This document shows, piece by piece, positions 39,029 to 48,843 of a DNA stretch of 64,000 bases (position 1 is the stretch's first letter; each line of letters starts with the position of its first letter). The position numbers and the translations under genes are program-made. The notes beneath the pieces are model-generated. The model had not been told where the DNA came from and did no database searches. It worked only from the letters and a program-made list of their open reading frames with translations. The DNA lies in NCBI GenBank assembly GCA_948630815.1, contig CAPIEU010000008.1:268-64267 (forward strand), read 5' to 3'. Origin of the DNA: an uncultured Clostridia bacterium. GTDB lineage: Bacteria > Bacillota > Clostridia > TANB77 > CAG-508.

Positions 39029-39101
39029 GGGCAAATCCTGTGTTTGTCCCTAAAGATGTTTATTATTTAATATATTGGGTTGCATACCATGCACCCCCTA
39101 C
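39029..39101 (-). repeat. two REP-like elements (variant stems)
   Basis: GGGCAAATCCTGTGTTTGTCCC (39029..39050) and GGGTTGCATACCATGCACCCCCTAC (39077..39101). Confidence 0.6.
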
Positions 39102-39163
39102 ATAAGTTTTAATTCATTATGTATTTAAATTTATGTGTTCTTAATATATTATGGAGGGTTTAT

Positions 39164-39793
39164 ATGGATAATGGTTTTCGTGTTGCTGATTTTGTTAAAG
39201 ATTTAGATTCAAAATGTTCAAAAGTTCAAAAAAAATCTTTTTACAAAGGTGAAGTTATAACTAGTTATATTGCTAAACGTAATCAACTTTGCATTCTTTT
39301 ATCTGGTGAAGCTGACCTTGTAAGGTATGATTATAATGGTAATAAAACTATTGTTGAACATTTTAATACTAATGATATTTTTGGTGAAATTTTTTATCCT
39401 GTAAGTACTAATAATGAGTTGCTTGTAGAGGCAAAGGCTAATTCTTTAGTTTTATTTTTCATTTATGATGATATTAAAACAAAATGTAAAAATAATTGTT
39501 CTTTTCATAATAATTTACTTATTAATCTACCTGAATTGTTCTTAAATGAGATTATAGATTTGAATATGAGGATTGAACTTTTGAGTAAACGTACTATTCG
39601 TGATAAATTGCTTGGATATTTTAATATTATTTCTGCAAGAAATATGAGTAAGTCTTTTAGAATGCCTTTTTCTCTTACGGATTTGGCAGATTATTTAAGT
39701 ATTGATAGAAGTGCTATGATGCGTGAGCTTAAAAGTTTAAAAGAGGAGGGTTTTATTGAAAAATCTGGTAATAGAATTAGTTTGATGTATTAA
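39164..39793 (+). CDS. Crp/Fnr-family transcriptional regulator
   Basis: Start is the ATG at 39164 after GGAGGG. An N-terminal cNMP-binding-like barrel is followed by a C-terminal HTH (SLTDLADYLSIDRSAMMRELKSLKEEGFI). Confidence 0.75.
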   Translation: MDNGFRVADFVKDLDSKCSKVQKKSFYKGEVITSYIAKRNQLCILLSGEADLVRYDYNGNKTIVEHFNTNDIFGEIFYPVSTNNELLVEAKANSLVLFFIYDDIKTKCKNNCSFHNNLLINLPELFLNEIIDLNMRIELLSKRTIRDKLLGYFNIISARNMSKSFRMPFSLTDLADYLSIDRSAMMRELKSLKEEGFIEKSGNRISLMY

Positions 39794-39911
39794 TACATTT
39801 AAAAAATGATGTAAGTATTTACATAGCATTTTTTTATATTTTTTTTTATTTTTCATTTTAAATTGACACTTTTTTTATAATATGATAATATATCATAAGG
39901 TGATGATGGGA

Positions 39912-42900
39912 ATGGAAAACTTTGATATTAATAGGTTTTTTAAGATCTTATGTAATTGTAAATTATATATTTGTTTTGTACTTATACTTTTTATTGTAAT
40001 GGGCTATTTTTATAGCTTTTATTATGTTACTCCATTATATGATTCTTCTGCAACTGTTGTTTTGGTACAAAATGAAAATTTGGAAAATGAGAATAATGAT
40101 TTTTCTATTACTCAAGCTGATATTGCCTTAAACCAAAATTTGCTTTCTACTTATACTAAAATTGCTAAAAGTACTAAGGTTTTGGAACAAGTTATTAATA
40201 ATTTAAACTTAGATATTTCTGCAAATGATTTATCTAATCTTGTTTCTGTTGAAGCTGTTAATAATGCCGAAGTATTTAAAATTAGTGTAGTTAATGAAGA
40301 TAAATTTTTAGCTGCTAGTATTACAAGCGAACTACTAAATGTTTTTTCTAATGAAGTTCAATCTTTATATAATATGAATAATGTTTATACTATTGATATG
40401 GCTAAAGTTAATGATACCCCTTATAATGTTAATCATTTTAAAGATATTATAATATTTGCATTTATTGGAATTTTTGCAAGTTTAGGTATAGTTATTATTG
40501 TCTATTTACTTGATACCACTATAAAATCTGAACATGAAGTAGAATATTATACTAAACTTCCTGTTTTATCTACTATCCCTAAATATTTAGATAATCAATC
40601 TAAAACATTTAGTGAATTAATTGTTAATGCAGAACCTAAATCTCCTATTGCCGAATGCTTTAAAACTTTTAGAACTAATATTATGTTTTCAATTCAAAAT
40701 AAAAAACTTAATACTATATTAGTAACTAGTGGTTCTATGGGCGAAGGAAAGAGCTTTGTTTCTTCTAATCTTGCTGTTTCTTTTGCAAAATCTGGTAAAA
40801 AGGTTATTTTAGTTGATACTGATATGAGAAAAGGTCGAGTTCATAAAATTTTTAACCTTATGAATAATGCTGGTTTGTCTAATGTATTATCTAACATTGG
40901 AATTAATGGAAGTACTGTTAATATTAATAATTATATTCAAAAGAGTGGTGTTCCTAATTTACATATTATGACTTCTGGTGACGTTCCACCAAATCCTTCT
41001 GAATTATTATCTTCTATTAATATGAGAAGATTTTTAGAGGCTCTTAATACTCAGTATGATATAGTTATTTGTGATGGCACTCCTTGTACATTAGTAACTG
41101 ATAGTGTTATTTTGTCTAAGATTGTTGACACTACTGTTATTGTTACTGCTGCCAAAATATCTAAGCTTGATACTTTAAATAAAATTAAAAAATCTATTAC
41201 TATTGTTGGTGGAAATATTGGCGGTGTTGTTATTAATAAGATGCCAATAAGTGCTAAGTCTTATCAAAATAAATATTACTATGGAAATCATAATGAAGTT
41301 TATACTGGTTTTGATATGGAAAATGATATGGACGACTCTTTGCTTGATAATGTACTTTGCATAAGTGAGGATGTTTTTATAGATACTGAAATTGAGCCAA
41401 CAGAAAGTTTAGATACAGATTATGATTCTTCTAATTATGAAAACAATAATTTTGATAAATTATCAAATATTCTTTTAGATAATTCTAAGGATATTGCAGA
41501 ACTTAAAGGTCTTTATAAAAATGTTGTTCAAGATTCTCTTGATATAGTTTATAAAAATGAAAATGCTGCTTCTGTTATGAAGCAAATTGAGAATATTAAG
41601 GAATTATATCAAAGTAATATTGATACTCAAAATGAATATATTGCTGTAATAGATGATAAAATTTCTAATTTTAGACTAGAAGAAAATTCTAATGCTATTT
41701 TAGATGAATTAAATAGTATTAAGGCTTCTTATGAAGATGCTATTAATTATCAAAATGAATATATTGCAGAACTTGATAGTAAAATTGCTGATATTGATGT
41801 TGATGGTGATACTAATACAAATGCTATTTTAGATGAGTTAAATAATATTAAAACTTCTTATGAAAATGCTATTAGTTCTCAAAATGAGTATATTGATGAA
41901 TATATTTCTGACTTAAATGATAGGATTGCAAGTTTTAATGTTACAGATAATTTTAGTTCTATTTTAAGTGAGTTAAATAATATTAAGAATTCTTATGAAG
42001 ATTCTATTAACTCTCAAAATGAATATCTTTCTGGCAAAGTAGAAGATAATTCAAATGCTGTATTAGATGAATTATATAATTTTAAAATCTCTTATGAAGA
42101 GGGTATTAGCTCTCAAAATGAATATATTGCAAGAAAAGTTAGAAATAATTCGAATTCTATTTTAGATGAACTAAATAATATGAAGTCTACTTATGAGAAT
42201 TCTATTAATTCTCAAACTGAATACCTTGATAAAAAGGTTGGTAATAATTCAAGTGTTATTTTAGATAAATTAAATAATATTAAGAATTCTTATGAAGATT
42301 CTATTAACTCTCAAAATGAATATCTTTCTGGCAAAGTAGAAGATAATTCAAATGCTGTATTAGATGAATTATATAATTTTAAAATCTCTTATGAAGAGGG
42401 TATTAGCTCTCAAAATGAATATATTGCAAGAAAAGTTAGAAATAATTCGAATTCTATTTTAGATGAACTAAATAATATGAAGTCTACTTATGAGAATTCT
42501 ATTAATTCTCAAACTGAATACCTTGATAAAAAGGTTGGTAATAATTCAAGTGTTATTTTAGATAAATTAAATAATATTAAGAATTCTTATGAAGATTCTA
42601 TTGTTTATCAAAATGCTTATATTGATGAGAGAATAGAAAATAATTCTAATAATATTTTAGATGAATTAAATAATATTAAGGCTTCTTATGAAAATGCTAT
42701 TAATTATCAAACTAGGTGTGTTGCAGAACTTGATAATAGAATTGCTAATCTTGGTCTTGATGATGATTTCAACATTGTTTTGGATGAACTAAATACTATT
42801 AAAGCTACTTATCAAGATGCTATTATGCTTCAAACTGAATACATTGCAGAACTCGATAATACCATTGCTAATTTTAGAGCGGAACTTGATAATACTATTG

Positions 42901-43775
42901 CTAACTTTAAATTGGAAGATAACTTTAGTTTGCTTTTAAATGAGTTAAATACTATTAAAGTTTCTTATGAAAATGCTGTTAATTCTCAAAATAGTGAATT
43001 TACTAATTTAAAAGATGGAATTTCTAATATTAATAATAATGATGTATTATCTGCTGTTTCAAATATTTATAAACAATTAGAAAATATAAATTCTAAATTT
43101 GATTACTTAGAGAAAAAATCTAAGGATAATGAGGCTTTAATTAAAAAAATGGTTAAGGAAAATACTGAAAGAAGTATTAAGGTTACAGATATTAGAAAAT
43201 TAGATGATAAAGTTGTTAGAATGAAAGATTATTTAAAAAATATATCTAATTTAGATAACTCAAGTTCTAATGATATGGATCAAAACAATGATGTTATTCT
43301 TGCTAACAGTATAGTAGAGTCTGTTAATACTGAAACTATTAAAACTACCCAAAAAGAAGAAACTGTTAAGGAAAAACCTGCTAAAGTGGTAAACGCTGAT
43401 AAAATTACTAAGAAACAAGAAATAGCTGAAGAAAAACCTGCTAAATTAGCTAAGGCTGATAAAGTTACTAAAAAAGAGGAAATTGTTAAAGAAAAACCTG
43501 CCAAATTAGCTAAAACTAATAAAGTTACTAAAAAAGAGGAAACTATTAATGAAAAGAATATTCAGGTAACTAAGACTGATAAAATTAGAGAGGACAATAT
43601 TTCTAAAGGTGCTAATGTTAATGAACAAAGAAGTTCTGTTGTTGATTATAGTATAGCAAAAAGTAAAATGAAAAAAGGATTCTTTGGATTTGCTTCAAGA
43701 CATGAAGAAGAGGATGAACCTATTAATATTGTTTCTCAAATTCTTTGTAAAAATAATGAGGAGTCTGTGGGATAA
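39912..43775 (+). CDS. Wzz-like chain-length-determinant domain fused to a BY-type tyrosine kinase, with a ~800-aa C-terminal repeat extension
   Basis: The ORF is open from 39882; the chosen ATG at 39912 is uncertain. Two TM segments flank a Wzz-like loop. Walker A is TSGSMGEGKS, followed by VILVDTDMRKG. A Tyr cluster (KYYYGNHNEVY) comes next. After that are about 16 degenerate 33-45-aa repeats (ILDELNxIKxSYExxIxxQxEYI) and four 20-21-aa KEKPAKLAKxDKVTKK repeats. Confidence 0.75.
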   Translation: MENFDINRFFKILCNCKLYICFVLILFIVMGYFYSFYYVTPLYDSSATVVLVQNENLENENNDFSITQADIALNQNLLSTYTKIAKSTKVLEQVINNLNLDISANDLSNLVSVEAVNNAEVFKISVVNEDKFLAASITSELLNVFSNEVQSLYNMNNVYTIDMAKVNDTPYNVNHFKDIIIFAFIGIFASLGIVIIVYLLDTTIKSEHEVEYYTKLPVLSTIPKYLDNQSKTFSELIVNAEPKSPIAECFKTFRTNIMFSIQNKKLNTILVTSGSMGEGKSFVSSNLAVSFAKSGKKVILVDTDMRKGRVHKIFNLMNNAGLSNVLSNIGINGSTVNINNYIQKSGVPNLHIMTSGDVPPNPSELLSSINMRRFLEALNTQYDIVICDGTPCTLVTDSVILSKIVDTTVIVTAAKISKLDTLNKIKKSITIVGGNIGGVVINKMPISAKSYQNKYYYGNHNEVYTGFDMENDMDDSLLDNVLCISEDVFIDTEIEPTESLDTDYDSSNYENNNFDKLSNILLDNSKDIAELKGLYKNVVQDSLDIVYKNENAASVMKQIENIKELYQSNIDTQNEYIAVIDDKISNFRLEENSNAILDELNSIKASYEDAINYQNEYIAELDSKIADIDVDGDTNTNAILDELNNIKTSYENAISSQNEYIDEYISDLNDRIASFNVTDNFSSILSELNNIKNSYEDSINSQNEYLSGKVEDNSNAVLDELYNFKISYEEGISSQNEYIARKVRNNSNSILDELNNMKSTYENSINSQTEYLDKKVGNNSSVILDKLNNIKNSYEDSINSQNEYLSGKVEDNSNAVLDELYNFKISYEEGISSQNEYIARKVRNNSNSILDELNNMKSTYENSINSQTEYLDKKVGNNSSVILDKLNNIKNSYEDSIVYQNAYIDERIENNSNNILDELNNIKASYENAINYQTRCVAELDNRIANLGLDDDFNIVLDELNTIKATYQDAIMLQTEYIAELDNTIANFRAELDNTIANFKLEDNFSLLLNELNTIKVSYENAVNSQNSEFTNLKDGISNINNNDVLSAVSNIYKQLENINSKFDYLEKKSKDNEALIKKMVKENTERSIKVTDIRKLDDKVVRMKDYLKNISNLDNSSSNDMDQNNDVILANSIVESVNTETIKTTQKEETVKEKPAKVVNADKITKKQEIAEEKPAKLAKADKVTKKEEIVKEKPAKLAKTNKVTKKEETINEKNIQVTKTDKIREDNISKGANVNEQRSSVVDYSIAKSKMKKGFFGFASRHEEEDEPINIVSQILCKNNEESVG
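41973..42566 (+). repeat. perfect 297-bp tandem duplication inside the kinase repeat array
   Basis: 41973..42269 and 42270..42566 appear identical by alignment of the lines (99 codons each). About 36 nt of a third unit follow before the sequences diverge. Confidence 0.85.
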
Positions 43776-43778
43776 AAA

Positions 43779-43803
43779 GGTCAGGCACGAGGCTCGCCCC
43801 TAC
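43779..43803 (-). repeat. REP-like element 3 nt after the kinase stop
   Basis: GGTCAGGCACGAGGCTCGCCCCTAC. Confidence 0.65.
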
Positions 43804-43974
43804 ATTTAACTTTACATAGCATAATTTTTCTATAATATAAAATAATTGCTAGAATAATAATATATTATTCTAGCAATATTTGTTTTATTAATTTAATTTT
43901 TAATTCTTTCCAATTACATTCTCCTATATATTTAGAGTCCTTACTTAATTCTAATTTAAGACTAAATATTCAAT

Positions 43975-44307
43975 CTATTTTAGTTCGTCTAATGCATTTT
44001 TTATTGCTATGTTTACTAGTTTGTATATTGATAAATTATATTTTTCTCTTAATTCTTCTAACCCTTTAAAGAATGATTCTCTTATTAATAGTGAATGCTG
44101 TACTGACATTTTTTCTGTTTCTTTTTCATATAGTTTTACATTTTTTGTTTCTATCAGTTCTTCTATACATCCATTAATTAACTGGTTTGTTGATGTATGA
44201 TATACATTTTTAGATAATTTATCTATTTTTTCATATAAATCATCATCTATCGCTATTGTCTTTTTTAATAGTGGCTCTCTTTTCCAAAATCTATCAAATG
44301 CTCCCAT
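43975..44307 (-). CDS. hypothetical small protein, possibly a duplicated ribbon-helix-helix
   Basis: 110-aa ORF with a GGAGAG RBS. Two similar segments (TSTNQLINGCIEELIE and NLSIYKLVNIAIKNALDE). Confidence 0.35.
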   Translation of the reverse strand: MGAFDRFWKREPLLKKTIAIDDDLYEKIDKLSKNVYHTSTNQLINGCIEELIETKNVKLYEKETEKMSVQHSLLIRESFFKGLEELREKYNLSIYKLVNIAIKNALDELK

Positions 44308-44450
44308 AATTCTCTCCTTTATTTTCTACTAGAAAAATTATACAAATATGGTATGCAGTTTTTAACTATGTATACATATAGATTTTTTATGTATTTTCTT
44401 GCATTTTAGTAAAATTTAACTTATAATGTATGTATAGGAGGTAACCTAAG

Positions 44451-44865
44451 TTGTATATTACTGATAGTTTAGTTGAATTTTTACATAATTCTATGATTTT
44501 ATCTAGTTCAACTATTATTTTAACTGATTTAGATAAAGTGATTTTTGTAGCTTCTAATGATGATAATAATTATTTGAATAAAAGTTTACATGATAGCTTA
44601 AAGAATCTTGTATACTTATATACTACTGATCCTTGTTATGCTGACTATATGAATGTTTCTATGGATACTATTGTTCCTATTGTCGATAATGATGATGTTT
44701 CAAAATATAAATCTCAAATTATTTTGCCTATTATTCATAATAATATTGTAGATCGGTTTGCTTATTTTTGTTACTGATGAAAGGGAATATTTAGATTCTA
44801 ATTTGAAATATGCCAAAACCGCTAAGCATTTTGTAGAAATTTTTAGTACAAAGGATTATTTGTAA
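44451..44865 (+). CDS. SpoVT C-terminal (GAF-like) domain protein; needs a +1 shift at CGG 44754..44756
   Basis: TTG start after TAGGAGG. The zero frame stops 7 codons after the CGG. The +1 frame gives ...ILPIIHNNIVD-[C]GGT-LLIFVTDEREYLDSNLKYAKTAKHFVEIFSTKDYL. Length is 3n+1. Family assignment rests on pattern memory only. Confidence 0.5.
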
Positions 44866-44905
44866 CTTTTTTACTATTTTTTCATAATATGTTTTAGGTG
44901 ATTTT

Positions 44906-45094
44906 ATGGGAATTGTTTCTACTAATGTTTCTTATAATTATGATGTTTTACTTAATAATCTGTATTCATTAAAAGATGTATATCCATTTTTGTACATAGG
45001 TAATATTGGTAATAGTGTTCTTGGTAATAAGATTTTTTATTTTAGGATTGGTAGAGGGGAAAAAGAAGTTTTTTACAATGCTTCTTTTCATGCT
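44906..45094 (+). CDS. M14 gamma-D-glutamyl-diamino-acid endopeptidase-like gene, segment 1 of 3
   Basis: MGIVSTNVSYNYDVLLNNLYSLKDVYPFLYIGNIGNSVLGNKIFYFRIGRGEKEVFYNASFHA then breaks off inside the HxxE zinc motif. The motif continues as NEWITT at 52691. Confidence 0.8.
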
Positions 45095-45163
45095 AAGGGC
45101 TGAATATATCAGTATGACTTGTCCTATATATAGGGGAAATATTGCTATTTCCCCTAAACTTAC

Positions 45164-46735
45164 TTATATCAATTTATCAAGGTTCACTTTAAGTTTAAAT
45201 TCTAAATTCTTTCCTTCATATATAATAATTTTATCTAATACTTGGGCTAAAACTTCTTTTGCTGGTTCTTCTGCTTTTATTATCTCATCAAAATATTCTA
45301 GTGCTTGTTTCACTTTTTTAACTTTATCTTTTTGTGTTTGATTTTCTAAATATCTTAAAGTTTCAGTTATTTTAGTTATTTCCTTTAACTTATCTTCTAT
45401 CATTTGTGAATATGTTTCTTCCACTATTTCTTCTTCCTCTGCTGTTTTAACTTTGGTCATTTCCTTTACTTTCTGCATTTGCATTTGTCTATATTCTTGC
45501 TTTATTCTCTCTAGTTTTATCTTTAACTTTTCTTGATTACTCTGTGATTTCTTTTTAACTTTATCTAAATTCATACCTTTTAGAAAATCCTTATATTCTG
45601 TTCTTACTGCTTTCAAAAATATTTTAAAATTTTCTAATATGTATTGTTCTTCTACTGTATGATAGGTACACCTTAATTTCCTATATTTACTATAATTCAA
45701 ACATTCATAATATTTTTTTCCATATCTCATATAACCAGTCGCTGACGCTCCACAATCCCCACACCTCACAAATCCACCAAATATATAATAGTGTTTTCCT
45801 TTCTTATAAAGACTTGTACTTTCTGCTCTTTGTTTCAATATTTCTTGTACCTTATTAAACTGCTCCTCTGTTATTATTGCTTCGTGGTGGTCTTTAAATT
45901 TATGACGTTCTTCTTCTGGTATTATTTTTACTTTTTTTCCATGTATCCCTATAACCTCTTTTTTATGTGTTACTAATGTTCCTATATATGTTTTATCTCT
46001 TAAAATCTTACTAATCATATCTGTTTCCCAATATTCTCTTACTTTTCTTTCTATGTTTCTTCCTCTTGCTTTCTTAAATCTTTCTGCTTCTATAATAGAT
46101 GGGTTTTTAAAATCATATTCCGTATTAAGTTTTTTGGCTATTGATGTCATTCCATAACCTTGTTCATATAAATCAAATATTGTTTGTACCGCTTCTCTGA
46201 CTTCTTCATTTACTGTAAGTGTTCCACCTTTTCCTTTTATATAACCATATCTTGGTCCTTGTATTACTGTTCCCGCTTTCATTTTATTACCTAATGAATC
46301 TCTTACTTTTCTTGATGTTTCTTTTACATACCTTTCATTGTACCAAGTTTCAATACCTACTATATCGTCATCGTCTGTTAATAAATTAAATGTACATCCT
46401 CTTTGTTTAATTAGTATCAATTCTACTTCTTCCGTTTTCCATTTATTTATAATCATTTGTGCAATTCCATTATTCCTTGAAAGTCTTGATAAATCTTTCA
46501 TTAGTACAATTGGTTTTTCTTTACTTTCATTTACTAAATTATATAATTCATTAAATGCTGGTCTATCTTCTATTGGAATATAACCCGATACATTATCGTC
46601 TTCAAATGTTCTTTCAATTTCCCACCCTTGCTCTTCTGCATACTCTTTGGCAATATCATTTTGTGTTTTAATGCTTCCATAATTCTTTTTATCTTCATCT
46701 TTACTTATTCTTGAATAATTATATACTTTCTTCAT
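45164..46735 (-). CDS. large serine recombinase (element A)
   Basis: 523 aa. N-terminal resolvase domain (YSRISKDED, catalytic Ser), a recombinase domain, a Cys-rich zinc-ribbon region (CGDCG...C..Y..C) and a coiled-coil tail. Confidence 0.85.
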   Translation of the reverse strand: MKKVYNYSRISKDEDKKNYGSIKTQNDIAKEYAEEQGWEIERTFEDDNVSGYIPIEDRPAFNELYNLVNESKEKPIVLMKDLSRLSRNNGIAQMIINKWKTEEVELILIKQRGCTFNLLTDDDDIVGIETWYNERYVKETSRKVRDSLGNKMKAGTVIQGPRYGYIKGKGGTLTVNEEVREAVQTIFDLYEQGYGMTSIAKKLNTEYDFKNPSIIEAERFKKARGRNIERKVREYWETDMISKILRDKTYIGTLVTHKKEVIGIHGKKVKIIPEEERHKFKDHHEAIITEEQFNKVQEILKQRAESTSLYKKGKHYYIFGGFVRCGDCGASATGYMRYGKKYYECLNYSKYRKLRCTYHTVEEQYILENFKIFLKAVRTEYKDFLKGMNLDKVKKKSQSNQEKLKIKLERIKQEYRQMQMQKVKEMTKVKTAEEEEIVEETYSQMIEDKLKEITKITETLRYLENQTQKDKVKKVKQALEYFDEIIKAEEPAKEVLAQVLDKIIIYEGKNLEFKLKVNLDKLI

Positions 46736-46797
46736 ATAATCCTACCTCTCTTATTTAGTTTGCTAGTGCATATATTGCTATATGCACTAACTTGTTA

Positions 46798-47001
46798 CTA
46801 ACTATTAACTGCTACTAACTGTAACATTGCTTTTAGTGATGTCATTATTTCATTTTGTCCTCCAACAAAAACCACCACTCTATTTTTTCCATTTCTTAAC
46901 CCTTTTATTTCTTCTTTTATATCTTTTGCTTCTGCTTCTTCTGCTCCAAGAAATACTTGGGTTACTCTATCTTTACCTATTACAACATTATTAACTTTCA
47001 C
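46798..47001 (-). CDS. hypothetical protein (67 aa)
   Basis: ORF only; no recognisable family. Confidence 0.3.
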   Translation of the reverse strand: MKVNNVVIGKDRVTQVFLGAEEAEAKDIKEEIKGLRNGKNRVVVFVGGQNEIMTSLKAMLQLVAVNS

Positions 47002-47092
47002 TTGCTAACACCTCATTAAATCTTATGTTGTAAGTCTCTCAATATGCTTCAATGCACAAAAAAAGACTTCTGCCAAAGTGGGAAAATCCCAC

Positions 47093-47121
47093 TTGACAAT
47101 AAAGTCCAAAACAATTATAAT
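47093..47121 (+). promoter_or_regulatory. consensus sigma-A-type promoter
   Basis: TTGACA (47093..47098), a 17-nt spacer, then TATAAT (47116..47121). Confidence 0.6.
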
Positions 47122-47127
47122 TATATT

Positions 47128-47212
47128 GGTCGTATAATTAAGTGTTTAGACTTGATTATATTAAATTTTGATATGAAAATCGGTTGCTCCAACAACTGAT
47201 TTTCATTTTTTT
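47128..47212 (+). ncRNA. candidate ~85-nt small RNA in element A
   Basis: Bounded by the consensus promoter and a terminator (ATGAAAATCGGTTG / CAACTGATTTTCAT stem at 47173..47206, then TTTTTT). No credible ORF. Its 3' end abuts the stop of the convergent hsdS-like gene. Confidence 0.4.
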
Positions 47213-47216
47213 ACTT

Positions 47217-47837
47217 TCATAGGGCATTACCTCCTCTCACCATTTCTTCAATGCTATTTTGTACTTGATTTAATTGTTTAACTGCATTGGTATATCTATT
47301 GATAATTTCTTCTTGCTCTTCTAAACTTATTATTGGAATAGATAATTGTTCTAACATTGCTACTGTAATTCTTGCTTGCCTTGTATTTTTTGTGCATAGT
47401 TTTAAAATCCTATTCCTAATGCTACTTGAATTTAATATTGTGTATAAATATTTTGGTATAACTTTATCGCTTGTTACTCTTATTATTAAATTGCTATCAT
47501 TGTATACACAATCTTCCGCTTGTATATCTTCCATAAAAATTATGTCCAACTGGTCTTTACCTGGGAATACTGGTATCACTATGTCACCATTTTGTATGCT
47601 ATAATCCTTATATTTCTTGCTTAAATCTTGTTTAATGCACATTATATGTTCTAGCTTCTTTATATCTTTTTCTACTGCTAATGCTTTAATTATTTTATGT
47701 CCTAGAAATCCTACTTTCCCTTTACTTTCAATTATATCTGCTTTTTCTTGTGCTTTAAATATTGAAAAATTCACTTTTTTATCAACTTGCAATCCTTTCA
47801 TTGTTACACCTAATTCATTTATTTTACTATAATCCAT
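47217..47837 (-). CDS. type I R-M specificity subunit (HsdS) half-size fragment
   Basis: 206 aa with one target-recognition domain plus the conserved C-terminal helix (ITVAMLEQLSIPIISLEEQEEIINRYTNAVKQLNQ). No hsdM or hsdR is nearby. Confidence 0.6.
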   Translation of the reverse strand: MDYSKINELGVTMKGLQVDKKVNFSIFKAQEKADIIESKGKVGFLGHKIIKALAVEKDIKKLEHIMCIKQDLSKKYKDYSIQNGDIVIPVFPGKDQLDIIFMEDIQAEDCVYNDSNLIIRVTSDKVIPKYLYTILNSSSIRNRILKLCTKNTRQARITVAMLEQLSIPIISLEEQEEIINRYTNAVKQLNQVQNSIEEMVRGGNAL

Positions 47838-47991
47838 AATCTATTCCTCCAAGTTAAGTGTATTTTTAACTTAAATGTATTATACACTTAACTTGTTTGG
47901 TTTGTCAATAACCTCCTTAAAATTTTTTAAATATTTTTACTAAATATAAAAAGGTGGAAAATTCCACCTTTGATTATATACCAATATTTAC

Positions 47992-48609
47992 TTATACTGT
48001 TGTTTCAACTTGTTTTGCTAACTTATAAAATGTATTTCTTTTCATATTTGCATTTGCCATTGCTTGGGTGGCTGTTTGCTTACCATTTTTCCATTTGCTA
48101 TATTCTGTCATAAATGCTTCTGTTATTTCTGCCTTTGGTCTACCTAAATGCTTATTTTGTGCTTTCGCTATGGCTATTCCCTCGGCTTGCCTTTTCTTTA
48201 TATTATTTCTTTCATTTTCTGCATTATAAGATAAAATCTGCAATACTAAATCTGCTACAAATGTTCCTAATAAATCTTTGTGTAATCTAGTATCAAGTAA
48301 TTCCATATCTAACACTTTAATATCTGCCTTGCATTCTGTTGTTAATTCTTGCCATTCTTTTTTTATCTCTATATAATTTCTGCCTAATCTATCAATAGAA
48401 TGTATAACCAATAGACTATTTGGGCTATCTTTTAACATTCTTTTTAGTGTTTGATATTCTACTCTATTAAAATCTTTTCCGCTCTGCTTATCTAAAAATA
48501 TCCTTTCTTTTGGAATTCCAAAATCTAACATTGATTGTAATTGTCTGCTTTCGTTTTGGTCTTTGCTACTAACTCTTATATAACCATATACTTTTTGTTT
48601 GTTTTCCAT
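47992..48609 (-). CDS. small serine recombinase (resolvase/invertase family)
   Basis: Start is the ATG at 48609 after AAGGGGTGGG. MENKQKVYGYIRVSSKDQNESRQ is followed by a C-terminal HTH. Confidence 0.85.
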   Translation of the reverse strand: MENKQKVYGYIRVSSKDQNESRQLQSMLDFGIPKERIFLDKQSGKDFNRVEYQTLKRMLKDSPNSLLVIHSIDRLGRNYIEIKKEWQELTTECKADIKVLDMELLDTRLHKDLLGTFVADLVLQILSYNAENERNNIKKRQAEGIAIAKAQNKHLGRPKAEITEAFMTEYSKWKNGKQTATQAMANANMKRNTFYKLAKQVETTV

Positions 48610-48843
48610 AATACCCACCCCTTGGTCAGCTATTATAAATGCTCTGTTTGTAAAAGTCAAGGCTATTTTATAAACATTTGTAAAATATTTTTACCACCTT
48701 TATAAACACAATATTCACTATTTTTTAAGTGTTTATAAAGGTATACCTTTACAAATAATAAGTTTAAACTAATATGTAATACAAAGAAACCCCTTTCTCA
48801 TAGAGATAGGGGAAAAGAAAATATATTTACTTTTTAAGACAAA

